From Mustelus asterias (taxonomy: Eukaryota): a DNA stretch of 64,000 bases. Below, piece by piece: positions 24,168 to 34,980 of the stretch (position 1 is its first letter; every line of letters starts with the position of its first letter). A program made the translations under genes and the position numbers. Location of the stretch: contig NC_135817.1 in the NCBI RefSeq assembly GCF_964213995.1, forward strand, positions 68,510,001 to 68,574,000. Reading direction: 5' to 3'. The notes below the pieces were generated by a model, which had not been told where the DNA came from, ran no database searches, and saw only the letters and a list, made by a program, of their open reading frames with translations.

Positions 24168-24630
24168 TGAAGTAAAAAGTAAAGTTTATTTATTAGTCAC
24201 AAGTAGGCTTACACTAACACTGCAGTGAAGTTACTGTGAAATTCCCATATTCGCCACACTCTGGCGCCTGTTCGGGTCAATGCACCCTAACCAGCAAGTC
24301 TTTCAGACTGTGGAAGGAAACCGGAGTACCTGGAGGAAACCCATGCAGACACAGGGAGAACATGAAAATTCCACACAGACAGCAACCCAAGCCGGGAATC
24401 GAACCCATGTCCCTGGCTGTACCAGCTCTCCTAATGAGCATTATGACTTAGTGCAATTCTCTTGCCTTTTTCCCCATACCCTGCATATTATTTATATTCA
24501 AATAATCATCTAATGCCCTCTTGAAAGCCTTGATTGAACTTGCCTCCATCACGCTTTCACTGTGAAAAAGTTTTTTCTGACATCACATGCAGATGTAGGA
24601 GGCAGCTGTGCTAACTGCAGTGCCACTGTG
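24168..24630 (-). mobile_element. V-SINE type b interrupted by a templated insertion (24417-24595)
   Basis: SINE head resumes at 24596 (ggaggcagctgtgctaac). Confidence 0.8.
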
Positions 24631-24699
24631 ATTATTCATCTGTTCAATGTGCTTAACACGTTGCAAAGTAGTTCTCCACCAAGGATTGGCAATTTTTAG

Positions 24700-26295
24700 G
24701 TAATGCTGTTGATGGACTTTCAAAAGTCATTCTATACAGTGCCACACGACTGACTTGTGAGAAAAGTTATAGCTCATGGAATAGCTCATGTGTAGCAATG
24801 TGGATACAAATTTGTCCTGAATAATAGGAGGCAAAGAGTAATGGTCGATGGATATTTTTCCAGCTGGAGGAAGCTTTGTAGTGGAGTTCCCCAGGGTCAC
24901 TATGGCCCTTGCTTTTCTGGGTATAAATTAATGATCTAGATCGTGGAATGCAGGGGACAATTTTAAAGTTTGCAGATGATGCAAAATTTGGGAAGTATTT
25001 TAAACAGTGACGAGGACAGTGCAGAACTTCAAAAAGACATAAATAAGTTGGTGCAATGGGCAGATAGGTGGCAGGCAGAAGTTCAATGCAGATGAGTGTG
25101 AAGTGATGCATTTTAGTAGGAAGAACATGGAGAGGCAATATAAAATAAGGGGTAAAATTCTGAAGGAGGGCAGGAGTAGAGGGATTTGGGTGTACGTGCG
25201 CATAGATTGTTGAAAGTGGCAGGATAGGTGGAAAGGATAGTTAATAAAAGCATATGGCATACTGGGTTTTATTAATAGCGACATAGAGTGCAAGACTTAT
25301 ACAAGACACTAGTTAGATCTCAGCTGGAGTATTGTGTACGGTTCTGGGTGTGATACTATAGGAAGAACGTGAATGCATTGGAGAGGTTGCAGAAGACGTT
25401 TATAAGAATGGCTCCAGGGATAATAAACTTCAGTTATGAGAATAGATTGGAGAGATTGGAACTGTTCTCCTTGAAAGAGGTAAGAGGAAACTTGATAGAG
25501 ATGTTCAAAATCATGAGGGGGCCAGACAGCATAAATAGAGAAAAATGTTTCCACTCGTAAAAGGATCAAGAACAAGGGGCAGAGATTTAAAATGATTTGT
25601 GAAAGAAGCAAATTTGAATTTGATTTATTATTGTCACATATTAATATAGTGAAAAATATTATTTCTTGTGCACTATACAGACAAAGCATACCGTTCATTG
25701 AGAAAGAAACAAGAGGGTGCAGAATGTAGTGTTACAGTCATAGCTAGGGTGTAGAGAAACATCAACTTAATGCAAGGTAGGTGCATTCAAAAGTCAGGCA
25801 GCAAGGAAGAAGCTGTTCTTGAGTCAGTTGGTACATGACCTCAGAGTTTTGTATCTTTTTCCCGACAGAAGAATGTCTGGGGTGCATGGGGTCCTTAATT
25901 ATGCTGGCTGCTTTGCCGAGGCAGCGGGAAGTGTAGACAGAGTCAATGGATGGGAGGCTGGTTAGTGTGATGGTTTAGGCTACATTCATGACCGTTTGTA
26001 GTTTCTTGCAGTCTTGGGCAGGGCAGGAGCCATACCAAGTTGTGGTACAACCAAAAAGAATGCTTTCTATGGTGCATCTGTATGTGATGTCAGAAAAAAC
26101 TTTTTCACACAGTGAAAGTGTGATGGAGACAGGTTCAATCAAGGCATTCAAAAGGGCATTAGATGATTATTTGAATAGAAATAATATGCAGGGTATGGGG
26201 AAAAGGCAAGAGAATGGCACTAAGTCATAATGCTCATTAGGAGAGCTGGTACAGGATGGGCCAAATGGCCTCCTTCTGCATCATTACAATTCTGT
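24700..26295 (+). mobile_element. Decayed CR1 with an antisense Rex1/Babar insertion (about 25615-26080)
   Basis: CR1 RT motifs (KFADDAK, WQ.KFN); host sequence aagaagcaaat|...|atgtgatgtcagaa resumes after the insert. Confidence 0.85.
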
Positions 26296-26599
26296 AAAAC
26301 GTTAATTCTGGGCACTTAGAAGGGTTCAAAAAGACATACAACTAGCAAGATTCTACACGTGCAAATTGAGTACCTTGGTTGGTGTTATTTTATGTTACCC
26401 TATAATACTGTATGTGATGCAAGATGGCTAGAAACCATGCAATAAGTGTCAAGAACACAGCTATTCCCAATGGAAAGAGGCAAACCATCACTTTGGAACA
26501 GAAATTGAAAGCTCCATGATGCTGGTGAGAAGGCAACATCCATAAGGTGTTCACTTGGGCTTCTGCTAATAACTATATGCACAATCAAGAAGATCAAAG

Positions 26600-27370
26600 A
26601 TTAGGATGAAGGCGATTGACCAAACATACCAGTACAGCATATCCCCAGCTGATTAAAATCAATGGTGAGATCCTGGAAAGTATGGACCATTTTCCATAGC
26701 TTGGGAGCTTTGCCTTGACAAAGGCAGATATAAATGACCTTCTGAAAGAAAGAACTGTTCATCCATGTCTTAAATGAGTGATCCCTTATTTTTAAACAAT
26801 GACCCCTAGTTCTAGCAGGGTGGCACGGTAGCACAGCGGTTAGCACTGCTGCTTCACAGAGCCAGGACCCGGATTCAATTCCTGGCTTGGGTCACTGTCT
26901 GTGTGGAGTTTGCACATTCTCTCCATGTCAGTGTGGGTTTCGTACGGGTGCTCTGGTTTCCTCCCACATTCTGAAAGAGGTGCTGGTTAGGTGCATTGAC
27001 CCGAACAGGCGCCGGAGTGTGGCGACTAGGGGAATTTCACAGTAACTTCATTGCAGTATTAATGTAAGCCTTACTTGTGACTAATAAATAAACTTTACTT
27101 TAGCTTCTCTGACAAGAGGTACACTCTCCACATCCACCATGTCAATGCCCCTCAAGACCTTAAAGGTTCTTAAAAAGTTAAAACTTATTCGGGAGCAGGC
27201 AGAGGCAAAGTCAATGCCTTGAAGAGAGTGCAAAAACCTCCAAACAACTCATTTGCCTGATTCTTCAAGGACCATCTGCCCCATAGGTGGCAGAGTCTGC
27301 AGATCACGCATTGGACTCACCAGCCATCTCAAAACCCATCAAACCAGTGTAGAAGCAAGCTATCCTTAAT
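26600..27370 (+). mobile_element. RTE-clade LINE remnants interrupted by a CR1 piece and a type b V-SINE (26817-27102)
   Basis: C-terminal CP.GGRVCRSRIGLTSHLKTH motif near 27275-27340. Confidence 0.6.
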
Positions 27371-27713
27371 CATAGAAGAATCATAGAAACCCGACAGTGC
27401 AGGAAGAGGCCATTCGGCCCATCGAGTCTGCACCGACCACAATCCCACCCAGGCCCTACCCCCATATCCCTACATATTTTACCCGCTAATCCCTCTAACC
27501 TACACATCCCAGGACACTAAGGGGCAATTTTAGCATGGCCAATCAACCTAACCCGCACATCTTTGGACTGTGGGAGGAAACCAGAGCACCCAGAGGAAAC
27601 CCACACAGACACGAGGAGAATGTGCAAACTCCACACAGACAGTGACCCGAGCCGGGAATCGAACCCAGGTCCCTGGAGCTGTGAAGCAGCAGTGCTAACC
27701 ACTGTGCCGCCCC
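27370..27713 (-). mobile_element. V-SINE type a
   Basis: Near-consensus full copy. Confidence 0.9.
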
Positions 27714-28064
27714 AAGATCCCAAGAGACTGCCTGAGAAAAAGTTGCTAAAGTGCACTCCTCTAAGTGGTTATGAAGATTACCCATCCTGGGTGCAGCATG
27801 TTAGAAAACATGGAGCGATAGTTGAGTGTGTGGATCAGGGACCAGAACCAAAGGAATATGCCTGTTAACATGCTGATTACATAAAAAAATGTGAAGAGCT
27901 TGTTTAACAACCTGAAACAGCAATAAGGTGAGAGTTCCATTGCATTGAAACTTATAAGCTGTGGTTGGTGGGATAGATTGAAGAGATACCGTATAGCCTA
28001 CACAACAAAGGGTGAATAGTGCAGCTGCCAATGCAATGTAGCAGCCAGTAACAACCCTGCCGAG

Positions 28065-28313
28065 TTGAAGGCCATCATTGATGATGAAGCCTACACATCA
28101 CAGGATATCTTTAATGTGGGTGAAACAAGCTTTTTCTTTTCAAAGAGAATGCCCAGAAGGACATCCATTTCAACTGAAGAGAAAATTGCACCAGGACTCA
28201 AGCTAATTAAGAATCAGTTGACTTTATTACTTGGTAGCAACGCAGAAGGTGACTTCAAGATTAAGACTCTGCTTGTGTACCATTCAGAAAATCCACAAGC
28301 AATGAAGGGTTAA
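28065..28313 (+). pseudogene. Pogo/Tigger (DDE_1) transposase fragment
   Basis: IFNVGETSFF..KRMPRRT.ISTEEK.APG.K..KNQLTLLLGSNAEGDFKIK.LLVYHSENPQA; first catalytic Asp replaced by Gly. Confidence 0.85.
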
Positions 28314-28667
28314 GGCAAATGACACCAAGATAACATTGAGAAGGTGCCGGGGTCCCACAATGAAGCACTGACCACGATGAGCTGGTGCAGCTTGAGCAGA
28401 AGCTCGCTGTATCACGGGAAGATAAAGAATAGTAGTAAGCATTTCATAGCAAGCAACTAACATTGCAACACATGTTTGGAGACTCAAGTTCATTGAAAGG
28501 GCACTCAAATTTTTCAAAAACAACGATCCCTCTCCGGAAAGAAGTTTAAAGGTCAGCAGAGAGAATAAAAGGGTCATCAGCTATCTACGGCAAAAAGCAA
28601 AAGTATAGGGTGCAATAATACATTCAAACCTGCAATTAAAAAGTGAGGAAGAAAATCCACCTCACTG

Positions 28668-29017
28668 ATCATAGATAATCATAGAATCCTACAGTGCAGA
28701 AAGAGGCCATTCGGCCCATCAAGTCTGCACCAACCACAATCCCACCCAGGCCTAATCCACATATCCCTACATATTTACCCACTAACCCCTCTAACCTATG
28801 TATCCCAGGACACTAAGGGGCAATTTAGAATGGCCAATCAACCTAGCCCACACATCTTTGGACTGTGGGAGGAAACCAGAGCACCCAGAGGAAACCCACG
28901 CAGACACGGGGAGAATGTGCAAACTCCACACAGACAGTGCCCCAAGCCGGGATTCGAACCCAGGTCCCTGGAGCTGTGAAGCAGCAGTGCTAACCACTGT
29001 GCTACCGTGCCGTCCCA
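28668..29017 (-). mobile_element. V-SINE type a
   Basis: Full copy. Confidence 0.9.
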
Positions 29018-29439
29018 TCAAGTCTGATGGTAGTGCTAATTGTTTGTGTGAATTGTGCATCTTGTGGATAGTGTTTTGTTTATAGCTGTTCATAGGTTTC
29101 TCCTGAATTTCCAATTAGATTTATCAGAATCTATGGAGTTGTGCTTTTAACCATAACTGGAAATATTTTCTTCACATCTCTCCTCACAATCCCTTTCAAT
29201 ATCTTATTGATCTGCATTTCACTTGCTGGCTGCAACACACTTTGGGCTCTAACAAGGCACTCCTCTGACATTTTTCTAGAACAAATAGCCACATTGGTTC
29301 ATTTTTACCCGGGTACGCTGCTGAGAAAGGAATATATCATAATCAAACATAATTCTCCATAGCTAAATCAGCTGTCAATACAAGGGTGGCCTTGAGTAAA
29401 ATGCCAGAAGGTCGACAGCAGCCATGAAGCTTTAAAATA

Positions 29440-29805
29440 TCATTGAATCCATACAGTACCAAAGGAGGCCATTCGGCCCATCGAGTCTGTACCGACCACA
29501 ATCCCACCCAGGCCCTATTCCCACAACCCCACGCCTTTACCCTGCTAATCCCCTGACAGTTGGCTCAATTTAGCATAGCCAATCAACCTAACCTGCACAT
29601 ATTTGGACTCAGAGGAAACTCACGCAGACATGGGGAGAATGTGTAAACTCCACACCAACAGTGACCCGAGGCCAGAATTCAACCTGGGACCCTGGCACTG
29701 TAAGGCAGCAGTGCCAGCCACTGTGCCACCGTTTGAAGGAAGCCATTTGGCCCATCAAGCCTGCACTGACCACAATCCCACCCAGGCCCTATAGCCATAA
29801 CCCCT
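29440..29805 (-). mobile_element. V-SINE type a plus an adjacent partial tail
   Basis: Core with internal deletion; second tail at 29732-29805. Confidence 0.8.
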
Positions 29806-31261
29806 CATTCAACCAGCACCATCGAGAAGCAGTTTGAATACTGTAATAAGAAAAGGCTGAGAAAAAGTGTTTTCTCCCCCAGCAGACAAAAGGTAATTGA
29901 CTAATTACAAGAAAAACTAACAGAACTGTTATTTGGTCAATGTAAAACACAACCAGATATTGCAGTACAATACATGAGCAAAACACTACAGATGCTGGAA
30001 GATAGAATATAAAAGAGAAAATGGTGGCAGTGGCGCCTGGGCAGGGTGAGGGCAGGGGCGGGGCACAAGTTTATAGGTAAAGACCAAAATGGATTTTTTT
30101 TAAAACAAGCAAAATGGAGCTTTGAGAAAGGACATGGCACAGTAGCCATTAAATGACAAAATGATGATGGTGCAAAGCAAAATGGAGGTGTGCATTTTGA
30201 AGATATGTGTATTTGCATGTGCACACATGAAGATTTGTGCATTTAGAGATATAAAAACAGAGGAGGGAAGGAAAGCCAAACAAAGATAGGGAGGCTATCA
30301 TGTCCTGGGGACATTGTTGAAGAAAGGAACACTGTGCGCCTATGGGGGATTTTACTCTTAAATACATTTCATATGTATCTATCAGGCTAATTTGATCAAC
30401 AGAATTTTTAATAGCTGTGATGGACAGTAATAACTCAAAAGTATTAAAATATCGTGAATGCTGGAAATCCAAAAAACAACATTACTGGATGAACTCAACA
30501 GGTCTGGCAATCTACAGAGAGAGGAAAAACAACTCAATATTAATTCTGTTTCTCTCCACAGATGGGAAAAATATCAGCCATGATTGAATGACAGAGCAGA
30601 CTCGATGGGCCCAGTGGCCTAATTCTGCTCCTATGTCTTATGTTACCAGACCTGCTAAATTTATCCAGCATAACTTTCGAGTTCCAATACACTTTTTTCC
30701 CCAGATAGTAATTAAGTAGCAGTACATGGAGTGGGGGGAACAATTCTCTGTACCAATCTTTTTGGCACAAATCGTTGGTGGTCATTAAATATAAAAAGTG
30801 TAGATTGAAAACATGTGTTAAGTACAGCTGAATTCATTATCTAAATAAGTAATTAGCATACACCAAAAACACAATTGGTGCTGAGTGATTGGGCCAAAAA
30901 TGTTTCACATTGAATCTGCTGCTGAAGAATTAAATGAGTGGCAACAGTCCCGGAGTTCGACATTCTTTGCAAAGGAGGAATAAATGAATGACAAGCCTGT
31001 GGAAACAACACGTGAATTGGCGAATTATTTCAATTCGACCATACTTTCACATCGTAGTTAAAGAACTTTAACATCACTAACACCCAATTAAACAACATTG
31101 GCTGAAAAAAAACCCCAATCAAATCACCATGTGCAATAAGGGATTGGTATCCATACCCCCCAGAAACAACAAACAGTATTTTCGTCTGGATTGGCTTCTC
31201 CGTCCACACAAAAGGACATGGAAAGCCGCTTCAGAATATCAGGTGGTTTTTGTTTGAAAGA

Positions 31262-32317
31262 ATGGAAGAAGCAGTCATTCCTGCGCATTTGGAAAGCGCC
31301 AAAAGACTAAAAGAATTCAAATACTATTTCAATGATAAAGGACAACTGAGGCACACGGAAACAAACCAACCGTTTGCTTATAAACGCTATAGCAACACAG
31401 TAAACTTGAACCACCAGTGGTACAAAGCCTTTGGACTAGTTCTGGCCGATTATGTGTGCGAACTCCTGGAGAAAGAATGTCGATTGAAACGCGTCTATAT
31501 CCCCCTCGATGCAGCAGAGGGTGACGGTTCTAAAAGTTTCTGCTTCATGACTGAAGGTGCTTTGGCTAATCCTTCCAAGTCAGTTGTCCTACTGCAAGAT
31601 CGCGGGGTCATGCGGGCTGGTACGTGGTCCCAGCAACTGATTGTGCGTGATGGCCTGGACACTGGCACTCAAATCCCTTTCATTAGGCAAGCTGTGAGGG
31701 ATCAGTATGGAGTGGTCGTATTGAACGGTAATGACAACTTTACAGCCATTAAGCAGGACGATGACACAGAAGAGAAAAGAACATGTGATTCAGATCAAAA
31801 AGAACATGACTTAAAGTTCGAACAAATTCCAAAACGTGGTTTTGAAAGTCTGGAAGCGCACATCATCTACGTTTGGGACAACTTTATATCTAATTTTCCT
31901 GATATGAGTGTAGCCTTCATAGCCCATGGCTATGGCGGATTGGCATTTGTGAACCTTCTAAACGAGCGTAAAGATGTAATGAGCAAAGTGTATGCTGTGG
32001 CCTTCATAAACTCTGCTCACGATGTAGATCATCAAAACGTTGGACAGATGGGTCGGAATTGGATAGGCAAACATTGCCGTAATTGGTTATTGAGCTCCAA
32101 GCCCTTAGACAAACTAGTGCCCTCAGTGAGGATGGGTTGTGTACAGGTTTCTGCAGGCACCGAAAACCATGACTTGGCCCCCGCAACTTGCCTTCAATCA
32201 ATTTTCAAGTACTTGAAGAAAGTTTCAAATGTGCGGAAAACGAATCCATTCGTTCGGTCGCCAATTGTTACAAGAAGTTTAACTAAGAGACTGAGAGCCA
32301 AAAGAAAGAGGATGTAG
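31262..32317 (+). CDS. FAM172B: FAM172B/ARB2B, intronless paralog of FAM172A (ARB2A), Arb2-domain alpha/beta-hydrolase fold, 351 aa
   Basis: Family motifs FKYYFNDKGQLRH, GVMRAGTWSQQLI, GLDTGTQIPFI, YGVVVLNGNDN, HIIYVWDNFI, IAHGYGG, VSAGTENHDLAP. Uninterrupted ORF; lies between SENP7 and TRMT10C like human FAM172BP. Confidence 0.9.
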   Translation: MEEAVIPAHLESAKRLKEFKYYFNDKGQLRHTETNQPFAYKRYSNTVNLNHQWYKAFGLVLADYVCELLEKECRLKRVYIPLDAAEGDGSKSFCFMTEGALANPSKSVVLLQDRGVMRAGTWSQQLIVRDGLDTGTQIPFIRQAVRDQYGVVVLNGNDNFTAIKQDDDTEEKRTCDSDQKEHDLKFEQIPKRGFESLEAHIIYVWDNFISNFPDMSVAFIAHGYGGLAFVNLLNERKDVMSKVYAVAFINSAHDVDHQNVGQMGRNWIGKHCRNWLLSSKPLDKLVPSVRMGCVQVSAGTENHDLAPATCLQSIFKYLKKVSNVRKTNPFVRSPIVTRSLTKRLRAKRKRM

Positions 32318-32838
32318 CAATGCTTGTTGAATCGTGTATGTTCATCCAGTAAAGCAACAACACTTAATGAAACCATGAAGAGGTTCGCTGTTGTACTTTT
32401 GTTTTGGTTACAGATTTCCAGCTTCTTGAGTATTTTGTTTTTGTAAGTATATTTCGCAATGATTTGTGCATTGCACAAATGGGAACACTTCTGTTTCCCC
32501 AGCCTAAATTGCACTCTTAAACAACTAAGATCTTTCTTTGTGGTGGCAGTAACATTGTTTGGTTATTTAGGGAGAATATTTTTCTCGTGTTCCTCCAGGT
32601 CACTCAGATTTAGCACGTTAATTGTATCTGCGGCCTATTGATAACGTGCAGTAGCCTGGGTGGTGCGAAAGATGTACTTAAAACTGTACTCTTGTGCAAC
32701 AACTGGATTGTCTCAAAAGAGGCAGCCTCAGCACTCCCTCTTCAAACAAGTTAAAGCTCTCTAGAAAGCGATTTACACTAATTTAGTGGTGTTTCTGTCA
32801 ATATCATTCTGCACTTTTAAGCTTGGTTTTATTTCTGA

Positions 32839-32844
32839 AATAAA
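32839..32844 (+). terminator. Polyadenylation signal of FAM172B
   Basis: AATAAA about 520 nt after the stop codon, followed by a GT-rich stretch. Confidence 0.5.
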
Positions 32845-32877
32845 ATATTTCTCCCAATGCCAGTCTTGTGTATTAGA

Positions 32878-33187
32878 GTCATTGAATCCTACAGTGCAGA
32901 AGGAGGCCATTTGGCCCATCGAGTCTGCACCGACCACAATTGCACCCAGGCCCTATTTCCATAGCCCATGCATTTACTCTAGCTCGTCCCCCTGACACTA
33001 AGGGCAGTTTAGCATAGCCAATCGACCTAACTTGCACATTTTTGGACTGCGGGAGGAAACCGCAGCAAACCCACACAGACACAGGGAGAATGTGGAAATT
33101 CCATACAGGCAGTGACTCAAGCCGGGAATCTGGGTCCCTGGTGCTGTAAGTAGCAGTGCTAACCACTGTGCAATCACCGTGCTGCCC
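32878..33187 (-). mobile_element. V-SINE type a
   Basis: Head, core and tail present. Confidence 0.85.
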
Positions 33188-33245
33188 TGATCAGTCGCAT
33201 CAAATAAATATGAATAACGTGGTTAATAAACAGAAAAACAGTGAC

Positions 33246-34980
33246 TCCAGTTTATTAATCATATACATAGACGATCTGGAGGAGGGGACCGAGTGTAGGG
33301 TAACAAAGTTTGCGGATGACACAAAGATGAGTGGGAAAGCGAATTGCGTGGAGGATGCGGAAAGTCTGCAGAGAGATTTGGATAGGCTAAGTGAGTGGGC
33401 GAGGATCTGGCAGATGGAGTATAACGTTGACAAGTGTGAGGTTATCCACTTTGGAAGGAATAATAGTAAGATGGACTATTATTTAAATGGTGAAAAATTA
33501 CAACATGCTACTGTGTAGAGGGACCTGGGGGTCCTTGTGCATGAATCACAAAAACTCAGTTTGCAGGTGCAGCAGGTGATCAAGAAGGCAAATGGAATGT
33601 TGGCCTTCATCACGAAGGGGATGGAGTATAAAAGCAGGGAGGTCTTGCTGCAATTGTACAAGGTACTGGTGAGGCCGCAACTAGAGTACTGTGTGCAACT
33701 TTGGTCCCCTTATTTGCGGAAGGATATATTGGCCTTGGAGGGAGTACAGAGAAGGTTCACCAGGTTGATACCGGAGATGCGGGGGTTAGCTTAGGAGAGA
33801 TTGAGTAGATTGGGCCTGTACTCATTGGAGTTTAGAAGGCTGAGGGGAGATCTTATAGAGACATATAAGATAATGAAGGGGCTCGACAGGGTAGAGGCAG
33901 AGAGATTCTTTCCACTTAGAACATAGAACAGTACAGCACAGAACAGGCCCTTCGGCCCACGATGTTGTGCCAAGCTTTATCTGAAACCAAGATCAAGCTA
34001 TCCCACTCCCTATCATCCTGGTGTGCTCCATGTGCCTATCCAATAACCGCTTAAATGTTCCTAAAGTGTCTGACTCCACTATCACTGCAGGCAGTCCATT
34101 CCACACCCCAACCACTCTCTGCGTAAAGAACCTACCTCTGATATCCTTCCTGTATCTCCCACCACGAACCCTATAGTTATGCCCCCTTGTAATAGCTCCA
34201 TCCACCCGAGGAAATAGTCTTTGAACGTTCACTCTATCTATCCCCTTCATCATTTTATAAACCTCTATTAAGTCTCCCCTCAGCCTCCTCCGCTCCAGAG
34301 AGAACAGCCCTAGCTCCCTCAACCTTTCCTCATAAGACCTACCCTCCAAACCAGGCAACATCCTGGTAAATCTCCTCTGCACTCTTTCCAGTGCTTCCAC
34401 ATCCGTCTTATAGTGAGGTGACCAGAACTGCACACAATATTCCAAATGTGGTCTCACCAAGGTCCTGTACAGTTGCAGCATAACCCCACGGCTCTTAAAC
34501 TCCAACCCCCTGTTAATAAAAGCTAACACACTATAGGCCTTCTTCACAGCTCTATCCACTTGAGTGGCAACCTTTAGAGATCTGTGGATATGAACCCCAA
34601 GATCTCCCTGTTCCTCCACAGTCTTCAGAACCCTACCTTTGACCCTGTAATCCACATTTAAAGGAAAGGAAACAAGAACTGGAGGACACAGCCTCAAAAT
34701 AAGGGGGAGTCAGTTTAGGACAGAGTTGAGGAGGAACTTCTTCTCTCAGAGGGTAGTGAATCTCTGGAATTCTCTGCCCATTGAAGCAGTGGAGGCTGCC
34801 TCGTTAAATATGTTTAAGTCACAGGTAGATAGATTTCTGATCAATAAAGGAATTAAGGGTTATGGGGAGCGGGCGGGTAAGTGGAACTAAACCACTATCA
34901 GATTAGCCATGATCTTATTGAATGGCGGGGCAGGCTCGAGGGGCTAGATGGCCTACTCCTGCTCCTATTTCTTATGTTCT
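33246..34980 (+). mobile_element. CR1 (33246-33918 and 34661-34980) split by an antisense CR1
   Basis: KFADDTK...RFFPL | KETRTGGHSLK continuity across the insert. Confidence 0.9.
33919..34660 (-). mobile_element. Young CR1 3' fragment
   Basis: Open ORF 33993-34660; (gaacata)n tail; near-identical to 12998-13253. Confidence 0.92.

Noticed and set aside
28065-28313. Domesticated TIGD gene
   Set aside because: Short isolated fragment, catalytic Asp lost, stop immediately after.
23186-29114. Recurring small ORFs such as MVSTAASQLQGPGFDSRLGSLSV
   Set aside because: Translations of V-SINE copies, not a gene family.
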